From Flaccisagitta enflata (taxonomy: Eukaryota): a stretch of 64,000 nt of DNA. Location: assembly GCA_965153355.1 (NCBI GenBank), contig OZ231126.1:17608001-17672000 (forward strand), written 5' to 3'. Positions within the stretch are counted from its first letter, which is position 1. Every line of letters begins with the position of its first letter. The notes under the pieces were generated by a model, which was given only the letters and a program-made list of their open reading frames with translations, was not told where the DNA came from and ran no database searches. The translations under genes and the position numbers were made by a program. Of the stretch, positions 40,196 through 52,772 are shown one piece after another.

Positions 40196-40336
40196 ACTGC
40201 AGTCCAAGTCCAGCTTTGGGTCCCAATTTCGATTAGATCGAAATTCGTTCTCTCCAAACGGAACTTTGCCCGATTGGAAGACGAGTGGCAAAATGGGCGC
40301 AAACCAGAGTCAACTTCCCAGTGGATCCGCGCAAGG
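40196..40336 (+). CDS. Host gene exon F (contains in-frame MGANQS)
   Basis: Acceptor ccatcag|A, donor GG|gtgagt, phase 2-2, 141 nt, RLQSKSSFGSQF...KMGANQSQLPSGSAQ. Confidence 0.8.
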
Positions 40337-40554
40337 GTGAGTGTGAAGTGATTAAGTTGCGTTGGCATGAGTGAAAGATGTGGTTTTGTCCTGCCTCAGC
40401 CCTCAATTCATATGAAACATTGTTTTCCATTACGATTAGATTACGATTTGAAATGTCCAGAATCTTATGTCCTCCATTTCTTTTATTGCCAATCATCTGT
40501 CGGCACTGTGTCAAGACTGACCGACAACTCTTTATTTCCTCTACCGCATATCAG

Positions 40555-41107
40555 CACGTATCAGCAGAGGTGTCACAGTCGGCGAAACGGTGATTCGAAT
40601 CCTTCAGCTCGATACTCCTATCACGAGGACATCGATCGGCGCGTCAACGTTGGCGTCGATGGCGCTTCCGGCGTCGGGATAACCGGAAATGGCGGCGTAA
40701 ACGGCGTCGCTCCCAATCCGAACGCCGCCGCTTCGGCGAGATACGCATCTTGTCCTGGTCTGGCTGCCGGCGCGGTGCAGATTGCGGGCGATTCGACGAC
40801 GTCGACAACTCCCAACGGCGGAGGAGGTGGAAACGGAAGTGGAGGCGGAGGAGGAGGATCAAGAAGTCGTTCCTACCAACCCCCTGCTCCTCCTCCTCCT
40901 CCGACCCGTGGGTCCTCGGCGGGATCTTCCTCCATCTCCTCCAGTGGCATGTCGACGTCGTCTTCCAGTCACGCCAGCGTCTCTTTGCATCTCATCGCTT
41001 CCAGTCAAGACTTGAGGCGCATCTCGGAAGCGCCCGCGGAAGAGGAAAGAGCCGCCACGCAGCAGATGATGGCGGAAAGTGGCAGCGGAGGATTTCAGAT
41101 GAGACAG
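40555..41107 (+). CDS. Host gene exon G (G/S/P-rich)
   Basis: Acceptor atatcag|C, donor CAG|gtttaa, phase 2-0, 553 nt, within ORF 40367-41113. Confidence 0.85.
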
Positions 41108-41458
41108 GTTTAATACAGCGTTTAATCTTCTAAAAGAAACCAAGATCTTCAAGATTAACACGGAAAGTCGGACACTTTTTGTTTCGTCTACTGACAGACA
41201 GACAGACTCTCATTGGACATTCCTTTTGTTGCATGCAAAATCGTGATTAGCAAACAAGGTCGAGGCTCTGAGTAAGACAATTGCACTATAGCAACGATCA
41301 GTCGGAAGGATGGGCCATGGATGAGTCGGAAAACCTGGCTCTTAATGACTTCCGAACGGGAATATGAGGGTAATCTCGGAAAATGGAAATAGAATCCAAA
41401 CATCCGGTCGTTAACTTGTTATTGTATTATTCGACTAACTTTTTGCGCTTGACTTTAT

Positions 41459-41566
<108 letters not shown>

Positions 41567-41717
41567 CCATTTTTTTTGGCAAAAAGATGTTGATACGCAC
41601 GTATCTTTTTAATAAATCTCGGCGGAGGTTGCCTGATTTTTGCGTTGCCCCTAATTCTTATCAGATTTGCTTTTGCCCTAAATCTTTGTTTTCGACCAAC
41701 GATTTCATTCTTCAAAT

Positions 41718-41796
41718 CGTATGTTGTGTTTACATTGCGCATATACATACGCTAAACTCTGTTTGCGCTATTCCTCTTATTTCGTTTTCTTCCGTC

Positions 41797-41885
<89 letters not shown>

Positions 41886-42019
41886 GCTGTTGTTGTTGTT
41901 GTTTTTCCTTATCTCCTTCATCATCGTCTTTAAATTTCGTATGTTGTGTTTACATTGCGCATATACATACGCTAAACTCTGTTTGCGCTATTCCTCTTAT
42001 TTCGTTTTCTTCCGTCTTC

Positions 42020-42088
<69 letters not shown>

Positions 42089-42122
42089 TTCCTTATCTCC
42101 TTCATCATCGTCTTTAAATTTC
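41718..42122 (+). repeat. Tandem duplication (~220 bp) containing (GTT)n
   Basis: CGTATGTTGTGTTTACATTGCGC...CATCGTCTTTAAATTTC occurs twice; the copies differ mainly in microsatellite length. Confidence 0.9.
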
Positions 42123-42825
42123 AAAGTGTCTTTTTAGGTGCGACAATGCACCTCTATAAATGGCTGTGTCCGTCGGTCGGTCGGTCGGTTGGTCGGGTAA
42201 CACATTCTTTCGACGATCCACACGTCGCTCCTTATTGGCCTACTTGGTCTTGTTTCCTTCATTTTTTTTTTAGTGTGTCGACTCTTTCTTCTGTTTTCTT
42301 TGATTTCTTCTTTTTCTTTTTCTTTTTTTTTCTTCTTTTTCTTTTTCCTTTTCTATTTTTTCTTCTTTTGCTTCTTTTTCTTTTTCTTTTTCTTTTTTCT
42401 TCTTTTTCTGTTTCTTCTTCTTCTTCTTCTTCGTTTTCTTTTTCTTTTTCTTTTTCTTTTTCTTTTTCTTTTTCTTTTTCTTTTTCTTTTTCTTCTTCTT
42501 CTTCTTCTTTTTCTTCTATTTCTTCTTCTTCTTCTTCTCTGCCACATATTGTCAGTTCATTCTCCTCTTACACATTTCATGAATCGTTTTTTTTTCTTCC
42601 TCTTCCCTGTCTTTCGAGTAAATATGACCTTTCCCATGATGATTCCCATGTTCTCGCCCTTTTTTCCCAAACCTTCGTTTTTCGAGGCAAAACTGATGAA
42701 TCTGTTACGTAAATATCGTCTTTCTCAATCTCTCAAATCTGATGGGATAATAGTTCCGGTCATGCCGGGTCATGAAAAGGTGTTTTAATTACTACATCCA
42801 TGTACACTAAAGGTTTCCGATGCCC

Positions 42826-43477
42826 TTTTTGGGTAGCGGCCCCAAAGGGCCGATGTCCTGTAGGACACAGGGGTGAATTTCCAGACGTCCGTCCGTACGT
42901 CCGTACGTCCCCCCCGAAGCTTCTCAAGCCTCATATTCCTATTGAATAACATGGGAAATTGACAAAATACAAACTTCCCATTGAATAACATAGAGAATTA
43001 ACAAAACAAGGCCGGATACACGGCCAATACCAGTCGCGGACGAGTGGGCAGGGGCGGAAACGCTGGTTTTTCCACTTTTCAACTCGTGCTCACCTATGGA
43101 CCAACAGACCGACTGACGGACAAATGGACAGACAGACGGACAAAGCCTCTGATAGAGTCGCTTATCCGCGACTAAAAATAACAAATTGCATGATTCCCAT
43201 TGAATAACATAGAAAATAATGAAAATTGAGAAAAATGTAAAATTCCCATTGAATAACATGGTAAATTGACAAGAAATTGAAAAAAATGCAAAATTCCTAT
43301 TGAATAACATGGAAAGTTGCTACCAAGGCCTCAAATACGCCCTCTCAGGACGTCTGGAAATTCGCCCCTGTATCCTACAGGACATCGGCCCTTTGAGGCC
43401 ACTCCAATTCTTCAGCTAATCACTCCAAGCAGGGCATCGGGTACCGCTGACCATGTGCGATCCTTGGATGATTTGTT
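42826..43477 (+). mobile_element. HINE-like family B relative containing a nested family A copy
   Basis: Subterminal IR GGCCCCAAAGGGCCGATGTCCTGTAGGACACAGGGG and its complement; end GGGTACCGCTGACCAT; internal ATTGAATAACAT repeats. Confidence 0.65.
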
Positions 43478-44176
43478 AGATGCGCATCGCAACTCTAAAA
43501 GAGGACTTGTTAATCCGTACGTCCGTCTGTCCATTCAAAGTCATGTCATTTCTTGATATCTTGCTTTGCATATGTATATATCTCGATTGAACGCATCGTT
43601 TGGACATGTCATTGCCTTGCTCTTTTCTCTCATCCGTTGTTTCGAAATCCCCTTTTCTTCATAATATTCCAATTTTTTTGTTTTTCAAAAATTTTTCGTA
43701 CGCTCGTCTTTCGTTTAATTGGTCGTTAACCTTTCGATAAAATCATTATTTACTGTTTATTCTCCTCTTATTTTCCTGTATTTTGTTTTACTCAATAAGA
43801 TCTCTCACTTTCCGTCTGCTCTAACTGTTGGTCCAAGTGATATAACGCTCGATGCACAACTTATGAGTTATTTTTTTCTGCAATTTTTACAAACATCTTG
43901 TAGAAGATAGTAACGTTTTTTTTCTCAAAATAACTAGATTTTTACTAATTTTACTGCCTTTGGAATTTCTAACGCGAATGAAAGATTGATACCGAACATT
44001 TGCCGCATAACAACTTATTAGCATTGGATTAATTGATATTCTTTATACTGAATCTTTGGACCATCGAACATGTTGCTATGCACAGAAAGTTCATAAGTGC
44101 ATATTTCCGATAATCGGCAATTGTCATGCAGCGCTCATGACATGAGGAAGGAAATCATAGGGATCATCATGATATG

Positions 44177-44229
<53 letters not shown>

Positions 44230-44597
44230 ATTGTTCATTTATGGTCTTATTCCAAAAACTCAAATTTAAGTCCAAATCTTTGTTTCAATTTTTCCTTGCA
44301 ACAACTGTCGATTTTCTCAGTACTTACAGAAACAAGCAGGAGCGATACCCAACCTTTGAACCCGGACTTTTAAGAATTCTCGCTGCTCTTTTCAAGTTCC
44401 TTTGAGTCTTGACTACAAAATTGCCAATTAATTTCCAATTACTGAGGACAATACTCACTGCAATTATTCCTTCACACAGAAAAAAAAACTCAATTAAGAA
44501 TAATGGGGAAAAAATTTTCTTTCTTTGTTTTTCTTTTTTTTTTTTCTTTTTTGTTCTCCTATGCTCTTTTTTTTTTCTGTATTATTGGATTCTGGAT

Positions 44598-44810
44598 AAA
44601 CAAGGCCGGATACACGGCTACCCCAGTCGCGTGCGGGTGGGCAAGGGCTGTATTTGAGGTCACTTGATCATTTGGGCAGGAGCAGTGAGGCCATAGACCG
44701 CAAAAAAAAAAAAAAAAAAAAAAAGTGAAGTGTGACGGACCGACGGACAGACCGACAGACCGACGAACCGACAAAGCGGGGTGTAGAGTCGTGCAGCACG
44801 CGATTAGAAA
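44598..44810 (+). mobile_element. HINE family A copy
   Basis: AACAAGGCCGGATACACGGCTACCCCAGTCGCG start, (GACC/GGAC)n, GTAGAGTCGTGCAGCACGCGATTA end. Related copies at ~43005-43177, ~57510-57700, ~58580-58778 and ~59463-59630. Confidence 0.8.
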
Positions 44811-45131
44811 GCTTTTCTGGAGGCGAAAGTCGTTTATCCTTCAATTGTCAGTTCGAGTCCTCGAGTTTTCAGTCACGCTTTTATGATTTTCCATAATTTT
44901 GCGCGATATTTTAACCAGTTTTACGCTCTCAAAATCTCGGACGGAGGAAAAAGTAAACGCTTTTAATTAATTGGGCCATGAAATTTCTAAAAAAAAATTG
45001 GCAAGACATTTTTTTCAAGCAATGAAAAAAATGCGGGCAAATTAGTTGGAATAAAAAGTATAATTTTGCTCTACATTCTCTTTATTCGGACGTTTTCCGT
45101 TTCTTTAGGCCATCGATAATGTGCCATTGAA

Positions 45132-45549
45132 AAATAGTCGCAAAAGCGTTAGATGGTCAGCGGTACCCATGCCCTGCTTAAGCAGGCTGTTGAGGTTGAG
45201 GGGGGAGCAGGGCAGCGGCCCCGAAGGGGTCGATGACCTATGCTTTCACACATTTGGGGAATTTTCTCCTTCTCCTTCTCCTCCTCCTCCGTATCCCCCC
45301 TCCCCCCAGCCTCTAGGCCTATATCTCAGCCTGGAGGCCCATGTCCCAGCCTCGAGGCCCAAATCCCAGTCTTGAGGCCCAAATCCTAGAGACTGGGATT
45401 GGGCCTCGAGGATATGGGCCTCAGGCAGATATGGGCCTGGGAGGCTGGGGAGGGGGTGCGGAGGAAGGGGGAGGAGGAGGGGAGAGGAGAAAATTCCCAT
45501 ATGTGTGAAAGCATAGGTCATCGACCCCTTCGGGGCCGCTGCCCAAAAA
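45132..45549 (-). mobile_element. HINE-like family B copy
   Basis: Same ends as 901-1490; long IR GGGCAGCGGCCCCGAAGGGGTCGATGACCTATGCTTTCACACAT. Confidence 0.75.
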
Positions 45550-45707
45550 TGGAGTAAAGCCACTTTATTGACGCTTTCCGAAAAAAAAAAGAATATTCGA
45601 AAGCTTCAAGCTATGCACGATTTATCATCATCATCATTATCAAATCTTAAGAGAAAAAAGTATCAATGATTTCATCTTTTTTTTCTTGTTACCTCTCATT
45701 ATTTCAG

Positions 45708-46449
45708 CTGTCATCGTCGCCGACATACGCGGGGACATCATCCGGCCTTCAAACGATGCATCCTCCTCATCCGACAATTTCTTCGTCTTTTCCACACTCG
45801 GCCTCCTTTCCTAACGCACACTCAACGGCGGCGCCTTCGCAGCCGCGTCCTTCCTCGCAGCAGCACCAACAGCAGCACCAACAGCAGCATCCACAACAAC
45901 GCTCTTCCTCTTCCTCCTCCACTCGACATCCTTCTTCGCCTCTCGACGCCGTCGTCGGCGCTTCCGACGAAGTGTTTGTCGACGCAACAGCAGCTTCCAC
46001 GCCGACGACGCCACCGCCTACAGCAACTTTTTTCATCGGCGGCAGCGGCGCCTCTGACCGACCTCGACGTTCATCGACGCCGGCGTCGGTTCATCATTCC
46101 ACTTCGTCGTCGACGGCGGCAGCATCGACGTCAGCCGCTGCAACAGCAGCACGACCTTCAACTTCTTCATCAATCAATAACGCTGCTGCAGCGTGTCCAT
46201 CCGTTTCCGGCGCCACCGTCATCATAGAAAACGTGGCGTTGAAAGCGGCGCCTCTTTCTCCGGCTGTGACGCCAGTGACGCCGGTCTCTTTACCATCATC
46301 GGCGGCGTCACCGTCGTCTGCGATGGATCCGGCAATGAGGAATTCGAGGGACTCGAGTTCATCGCCGGAAACAACGGGATCGAAAAAACTCATGGGCTGT
46401 TTTGGAGGAGGAAATCATATCAAAAAACACAAAAGAAGCAGAAGTCAAG
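45708..46449 (+). CDS. Host gene exon H
   Basis: Acceptor atttcag|CTG, donor G|gtgaga, phase 0-1, 742 nt, LSSSPTYAG...KKHKRSRSQ. Confidence 0.85.
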
Positions 46450-46461
46450 GTGAGAAGGTGG

Positions 46462-46546
<85 letters not shown>

Positions 46547-46753
46547 CGGACATACCTTGGATTGGAATGTCCGGCGGTCGCATTAAGCTTGACCTCGATT
46601 CTATCCTCTAAGGGTATGGTTCCTAACAATGTAACCCTCGGGTGATTTGTTGAATTTTGGTAACAAAGGTAACAAACATAAGCCCTTAACTACTTTGGTA
46701 AGGATTTTTCTTTTGGGTTAGAGTGAGAGGGATTGTTATTCAAATTCTGTTTT

Positions 46754-46817
46754 ATGGAAAACTAGGAGTGATGCGCGTAGTAACTAGTCAGTGAGGGCTC
46801 ACAAGGCCCTCTTCCAT
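46754..46817 (+). ncRNA. Twister-like ribozyme, type P5 (unit 1)
   Basis: P5 AUGGAA/UUCCAU; AA; P2 CUAG/CUAG; GA (46766-67); T1 GUG pairing with CAC; P1 region AUGCGCGUAG; UAA (46781-83); P4 GAGGGC/GCCCUC with loop UCACAAG; T2 atypical; no P3. Confidence 0.65.
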
Positions 46818-47072
46818 TTATTTTAGTTTGGGTATAGTGAGGGATGTTGTTCCACCTATCATACTACTCAGTACCTTGGATTGGAATGTCCGGCGGTCGC
46901 ATTAAGCTTGACCTCGATTCTATCCTCTAAGGGTATGGTTTCTTAACAATGTAACCCTCGGGTGATTTGTTGAATTTTGGTAACAAAGGTAACAAACATA
47001 AGCCCTAACTACTTTGGTAAGGATTTTTCTTTTGAATTAGAGTGAGAGGGATTATTATTCAAATTCTGTTTT

Positions 47073-47136
47073 ATGGAAAACTAGAAGTGATGCGCGTAGT
47101 AACTAGTCAGTGAGGGCTCACAAGGCCCTCTTCCAT
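47073..47136 (+). ncRNA. Twister-like motif (unit 2) with the catalytic-position G changed to A
   Basis: Same as unit 1 except CUAG-AA-GUG (A at 47085) replaces CUAG-GA-GUG. Confidence 0.55.
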
Positions 47137-47527
47137 TTATTTTAGTTTGGGTATAGTGAGGGATGTTGTTCCACCTATCATACAGATTGTGGAGGATTGT
47201 TGACATAATGCCAGTCGGAAAATCTTGTTGTGACTTGTGAGTTGGATAGCAATGGGAACAATTTCATCATTCATAACTTAATTTGCATATTGGAGTTTTT
47301 GGATTTCGGTTTCTCAAAATGACTAACATTTGATCTTCACTATATTGGAATGATTGCTGAGTATCAATATACTGCTTTAGCCAAGTGAAGAGACAATATG
47401 AGCATTTTCCATGTGCAAAAAACTCATTTTTGTTTCAGTTTTGGTGAAATGTCAATAAAATGATGTTTACAACGTAACCTATATCTACTGAAAAAAGGCT
47501 ATGGTATTTGGAATACTGCCTGCTCAT

Positions 47528-47875
47528 TACGTCCCATGAACCGCCCCAAACTTCGACGCTGACTCTCACCAATATTACCATGGTTGAGGCTTGGTAAAAA
47601 AACATCCCATGCAAAATTTCAGGCCTCTGGTACAGCAGGAATCTTTGTCAGGGTGACCATGAAGTTTCCATAGAAACCTATGGCAGAGACAAAATTTGCA
47701 TAATAGAAATATTGATTCCAATGCTAATTCAATACAAACTTCAACCTAACCCTGACGAAGGTTCCTGCTATCTCAGAGGCCCAAAATTGTGCATGGAATG
47801 TTTTTTTAACAAGCCTCAACTGTGGTAAGATTGGTGAGAGCCATAGTCAAAGTTTGGGGCGCTTCACGGGACGTA
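47528..47875. mobile_element. Foldback-type MITE with 8-bp TSD
   Basis: TACGTCCCATGAACCGCCCCAAACTT / AAGTTTGGGGCGCTTCACGGGACGTA; IR extends over 100 bp; TSD CTGCTCAT on both sides. Confidence 0.9.
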
Positions 47876-48028
47876 CTGCTCATTCTGTGTAAGATGGTTA
47901 TCTTGTCGTTGCGCTTCGGTTCATAGTGGAGCCTCGTTGGCCTAATGTAAGTTGGAAACAAGGCGGGTGGTCTGAAAAATCTGCATGTCTGATTGTAGTG
48001 TGTTGTTGTTGCGTTTTGTGGTTATGAT

Positions 48029-48783
48029 CTCGGCCGCCAACTTAGCTAATAGTTAGCTAAATTTAGCTACTACAGAGGGGTGCTTAGCTACCAAAAAAGG
48101 CGTTTAGCTACCGGCTACTAATTTAGATACTTTTGACGATTTCCTTAAGATACTCAAGCTTGTATTTAGCTACTTGAGACTGATGCTTTTTGCTACAAAA
48201 TAACTTTTTATTGACCAATATATACAGAAGGAACGGTTATAAGAGGTGTGGAGGGACCAAAATTGTAGCACCCCCTACAGCCAACACCATTACTATATAT
48301 TTCTTTACTCTGGGTAGTGGGTTATACTTTAGATAAATTCTTTTTTTTTTCATCAAGGCGATTTTTGAAATTTTGTTGAGAACCTTTCAAAATCTTTAAT
48401 TTTCCCCCACTTTTGGAGGGATTCAAAAACTCTGAAATTTTAGCATAAAAAGGTCAACTATGGTAATTCTAAGAGGAATCTCAAAAAAAGCCTGGATGAA
48501 AAAATTTGTTTTTACCTAAGGTATGAGCCACTGACCAGAAAAAAAAAAGCATTAGGGTGGGCTGTAGAGCTCTACAGAGGGGGTGCTACAACTTTTGGTC
48601 CCTCCACACCTGTTTAAACGGTTCCTCCTGTATATATCAGTCAATAAAAAGTTATTTGTATATTTTTTGTTAACTGCCTTTTGCTACTTACTGTAGATAC
48701 TGGAGGTTTTCATTTGTCATAAGAGGGAAAATGTATGTGTCTCTGTCTCTCTGTCTGTCAGTCTGTCTGTCTCTCTGTCTCTC

Positions 48784-48873
<90 letters not shown>

Positions 48874-49162
48874 GCACACACTCACGCGCACACACTCACG
48901 CGCACACACTCACGGACACACACGCGTACACACTAACACAAACATTGTCTTTCATGTCACTCTGTGATTTCTGTTTGATTTTTGTTGGATACAAAACCTT
49001 GTTCTTTACTTGCAGTCATTCTATTTGGTGTCATATTGTGCTAAGGTATGACGAGAGAAATTTAGCTACTTATTCAGATACTTAAAAAAAATTTTAGGTA
49101 TTTTTTAGATACCTAGAGAGCTACCGGCAGATACTTGGGCAAGGACCGTTTTGGCGGCCGAG
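48029..49162. mobile_element. MITE with 8-bp TSD and internal inverted repeat
   Basis: TIR CTCGGCCGCCAA / TTGGCGGCCGAG; TSD GTTATGAT; inner IR at ~48198-48280 and ~48575-48656. Confidence 0.85.
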
Positions 49163-49259
49163 GTTATGATTTGTTCTTGTGGTGTTTTGTTGTTGTTGTG
49201 GTTATGGTTGCTGCTGTTGTTCTACTTTGATTGATACATCGATAATTTTCTTCTTACAG

Positions 49260-49395
49260 GTTCTGAGAAACTTGGTCGTCGACGACCAGATCGAAGTGGC
49301 GATGACGCGATGGCGGCGTCGACGATCAACTTGACTTCCACTGGAAACGATGACGTCATGACCAGATCATGTCACGTCATCACACACGATGTCAG
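49260..49395 (+). CDS. Host gene exon I
   Basis: Acceptor cttacag|GT, donor AG|gttagt, phase 1-2, 136 nt, GSEKLGRRRPDRSGDD...VITHDV. Confidence 0.8.
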
Positions 49396-49407
49396 GTTAG
49401 TTTACGT

Positions 49408-49676
49408 GTTTTTAGATGCGTCCGTCAGGAACGCATCTCTATAAGAGGGTCTGTCTGTCCGTCCGTCCGTCCGTCCGTCACGCCTGTGCAAAAAACGCGT
49501 TTCTTGATTGTTTTTGGCCACGGTGAGATCCTACACTGAAACAAATGATCAACCAACATGTTTTGAGAGTCTTTTCACCCGCCAGTTCGTCCATCTGTCT
49601 CTCCATACATATGTCACATGATCAATACACGCTGAGACACAGCCCGGACGCATCGTTGCCCGGTCGGGCTTGTTTT
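49408..49676 (-). mobile_element. HINE-like element
   Basis: TTTTAGATGCGT...ACGCATCT hairpin, (GTCC)n, GCCCGGTCGGGCTTGTT end. Confidence 0.65.
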
Positions 49677-50227
49677 TTAAATGATTGCAATGGTTACTAT
49701 TTTTTAGTTTCCATCTAGGTAACCCTTCAAACCCCCCCCCCACACCATACAAACACCCCAAAACCCAAAACCAGCCGCATAGAAGTAATAGAAAACTAAT
49801 AAATCTCCTTGTGCCAATCAGCTGAATTTCATTGCAAACAGTCATGACCAATTTTCGCAACTTGAAGTTGAATCCAATAATGGGAGCTGCTGATTGAGTC
49901 TCTGCACGATTTTGTTTTTCTTTTAGAATCCTCCGCCAGAGCGAATTAAATTCGAATAGCTTCGGGTCGCAATACATAAAACCCAGCCAACCCTTAGCCC
50001 TAAAGCTAACCTAGTCCCTAACCCTAAAACTATCCCCAACCCTAACCCTAACCCTAAACCCACCCCTAACCCTAATTTTGAAAAAACGCTTAAAAAGTCT
50101 TAAAAACAAAAGATCGACAGCAGATACTAATATTCTTCCAAGCTTCCGGGAAGCAATAATTCTTCTCTTAAGATTCCGACAAGCAGAATACAGTCTAAAA
50201 TGATTATTTTATGGAAAAATCAAGTCT

Positions 50228-51565
50228 TTTTGTCCGCGACGGAATATCATTCCGACGCGGACTATAATTCAAGGCGGGTGGGTGTCGTCGTCGTCGTCGT
50301 CGTTGTCGTCGTCGTTGTCGTCGTAACGGATTTTAAAAAATGGATAACTTTTTTATGCTTTGACCGATTTGGTTCATATTTGGTGGGAAGTTGTGCTAGG
50401 GTAAGGCGCTTTACATCCTATCCGATTTTTGTGATCCGACCAACCCAACCGGCCCAACCAGCCTACCGGCCTAAAAGTGAAAAACGTGCATAACTTTGGC
50501 ATTTTTCAACCGATTTGGCTGAAATTTGGTATGGAGTCTCTAAATGGAAGGCCTCAACATATGTATATGATTTATATGCATTTGAGCATGCTAACCGGCC
50601 AAACCGACCTACCACCCAACCAGCCAACCGGCCTAAAAGTGAAAAACTTGCGTAACTTTGTCATTTTTCAACTGATTTGGTTGAAACTTGGTATGGAGTC
50701 TCTAAATGGAAGAACTCAACATATGCACACTATTTATCCTGTCAAACCAGCCTACCACCCAACCAGCCTACCAGCCTAAAAATGAAAAATGTGCATATCT
50801 TTGGCATTTTTCAACCGATTTTGTTGAAATTTGGTGTGGAGTCTCTAAATGGAAGGACTCAACATACATATGTGATTTATATGCATTTGAGCATGCTAAC
50901 CGGCCAAACCGACCTACCACCCAACCAGCCTACCTACCAAAAACTTGCATAACTTTGTCATTTTTCAACCAATTTGGTTGAAACTTGGTATGGAGTCTCT
51001 AAATGGAAGAACTCAACATATGCACACTATTTATCCTGTCAAACCAGCCTACCACTCAACCAGCCTACCAGCCTAAAAGTGAAAAATGTGCATATCTTTG
51101 GCGTTTTTCAACCAATTTGGTTGAAATTTGGTATGGAGTCTCTAAATGGAAGGACTCAGCACATGTATGTGATTTATTTATGTTTGAGCATGCCAACCAG
51201 CCAAACCCACCTACCACCCAACCAGCTTACCGGCCTAAAAGTTAAAAACTTGCATAAATTGGACATTTTTCAACCAATTTGGTTGAAACTTGGTATGGAG
51301 TCTCTAAATGAAAGAACTCAACATATGCACACTATTTATCCAAACCAGTTTACCAACCAACCACCCTACTAGCCTAAAAGTGAAAAATGTGCATAACTTT
51401 GCCATTTTTCATCGGATTTGCATGAAACTTTGTATGGAGGCTCTTAATGTAAAGAATTATAGTTTTAGCGAACTTACGAGGTTAGCGATCTTTTGGTCAT
51501 AGCGATCTTATGGAATTGGTGATCTATAACCCCCTTCCGTCGCGGACCCAGATACTGATCAGATT
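50228..51565 (+). mobile_element. HINE-like element carrying a ~300-bp dimeric tandem array
   Basis: Subterminal IR GTCCGCGACGGAA (50232-50244) / TTCCGTCGCGGAC (51535-51547); alternating ~170 and ~130-bp units with TGGTATGGAGTCTCTAAATGGAAG at ~50440-51440. Confidence 0.7.
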
Positions 51566-52375
51566 TTTTTTATAAAATCAATCTTGAAAATGGTAGATTT
51601 GTGGAAAAAATACAGATCCTTTAGATTATTCAATCAGAAACTGATTCATGACAAATGTTCTTGAGCTCTCCTAAAACAAAAATTCAATTTTTTTAATCTT
51701 TTCTGATGTCATATTGCATGATCTTCCGACTCCGTCATCCTGTTTCTGAGAAGCGGCGCTTCCCGCTTCTCCACAATCTGTATGGCTGATCGACAGATGC
51801 TTGTACAAGTGTACCCAATAAGGAGCTGATATGACAATTAATATGTTCATGTGCTTTGCTCCGCTTTTAGCACGCCCCCGTTGATTGTCTGAAATGATTT
51901 ATTTTTTCGAGAGCGGCGATCACGTTAGAATTGCCCTTTTGAGTGCATTTGAGCACAGAACTTGTCTTATCTTTCTTAGATTGTTTAAAGAGACATTTCC
52001 GGTTTGGGTTAAGAAAGAGAAAAAAAAAGATTTAATTTGCCCTACTTTAGGTCGCTTTTACTCGCGAATGTATAAAAGTCGTTAAATCGAGTGTGGTTGA
52101 TCCGTCCGTCGTTCCGTCCGAGCTTAGCCGTATCGACCATGAATGTTTTTTTTTACGGCGGCCTAAACGGGGACAACTAATGATACAAAGAGTATAATTT
52201 TCCTTCACCACGTCTAGAACTAAGCTTGGGACCTAAGTTATGGTCTCTAGGTAATACTATGGGATGAATGGGATATCCCAGCCTCTCTTTTTTTACTTGG
52301 TTAGGTTGGCCTTGTTTCTTTTTTTTTTTTCTTTTTTTGATTTCAACTGTCTTTTTCGCATTTTCTTATCAATAG

Positions 52376-52772
52376 CCACATCTATGCGGAATTAAACGAC
52401 CTTCACCCGACCAATCAAACGACTGCGCGGTCTTCCAATCAAAATCTCTCGTCTTCCCATGACATTTCTACGTCGCAAAACCAAATTGGACAAAACGTGA
52501 TTAGGCCAAATTTGGCTGGACGACAAGACTCAGCGTCGTCATCGGGACAATTATTACCTGGACAATCGGGACAATTTACACATGGACAATCGGGACAACC
52601 TACACCTGGACATAATACTCAACGCGTTTCGTCGGTTACAAACAATCGCCTTGCGCATCATCAGGACAACAATACCCCGCCGCGCCACAAAGCCATGGCA
52701 GGCGACGCTTCCTCCTCCGATGCAACGGGGCAACAACAGCAAGATCTCTCTTCAACCGGGGCCAGTCTCCAG
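52376..52772 (+). CDS. Host gene exon J
   Basis: Acceptor tcaatag|C, donor CAG|gtgagt, phase 2-0, 397 nt, SHIYAELNDL...STGASLQ; no stop reached, so further exons are expected, but I did not locate them. Confidence 0.8.

Larger units (their letters stand above)
46553..47183 (+). mobile_element. 319-bp head-to-tail tandem repeat with a ribozyme motif (candidate retrozyme or solo tandem pLTR)
   Basis: Units 46553-46871 and 46872-47183 are near-identical and non-coding, with one twister-like motif per unit. Confidence 0.7.

Noticed and set aside
50477-51502. Repeated ORFs 'FQPIWLKFGMESLNGR'
   Set aside because: Translations of the tandem array within a non-autonomous element; frames break between units.
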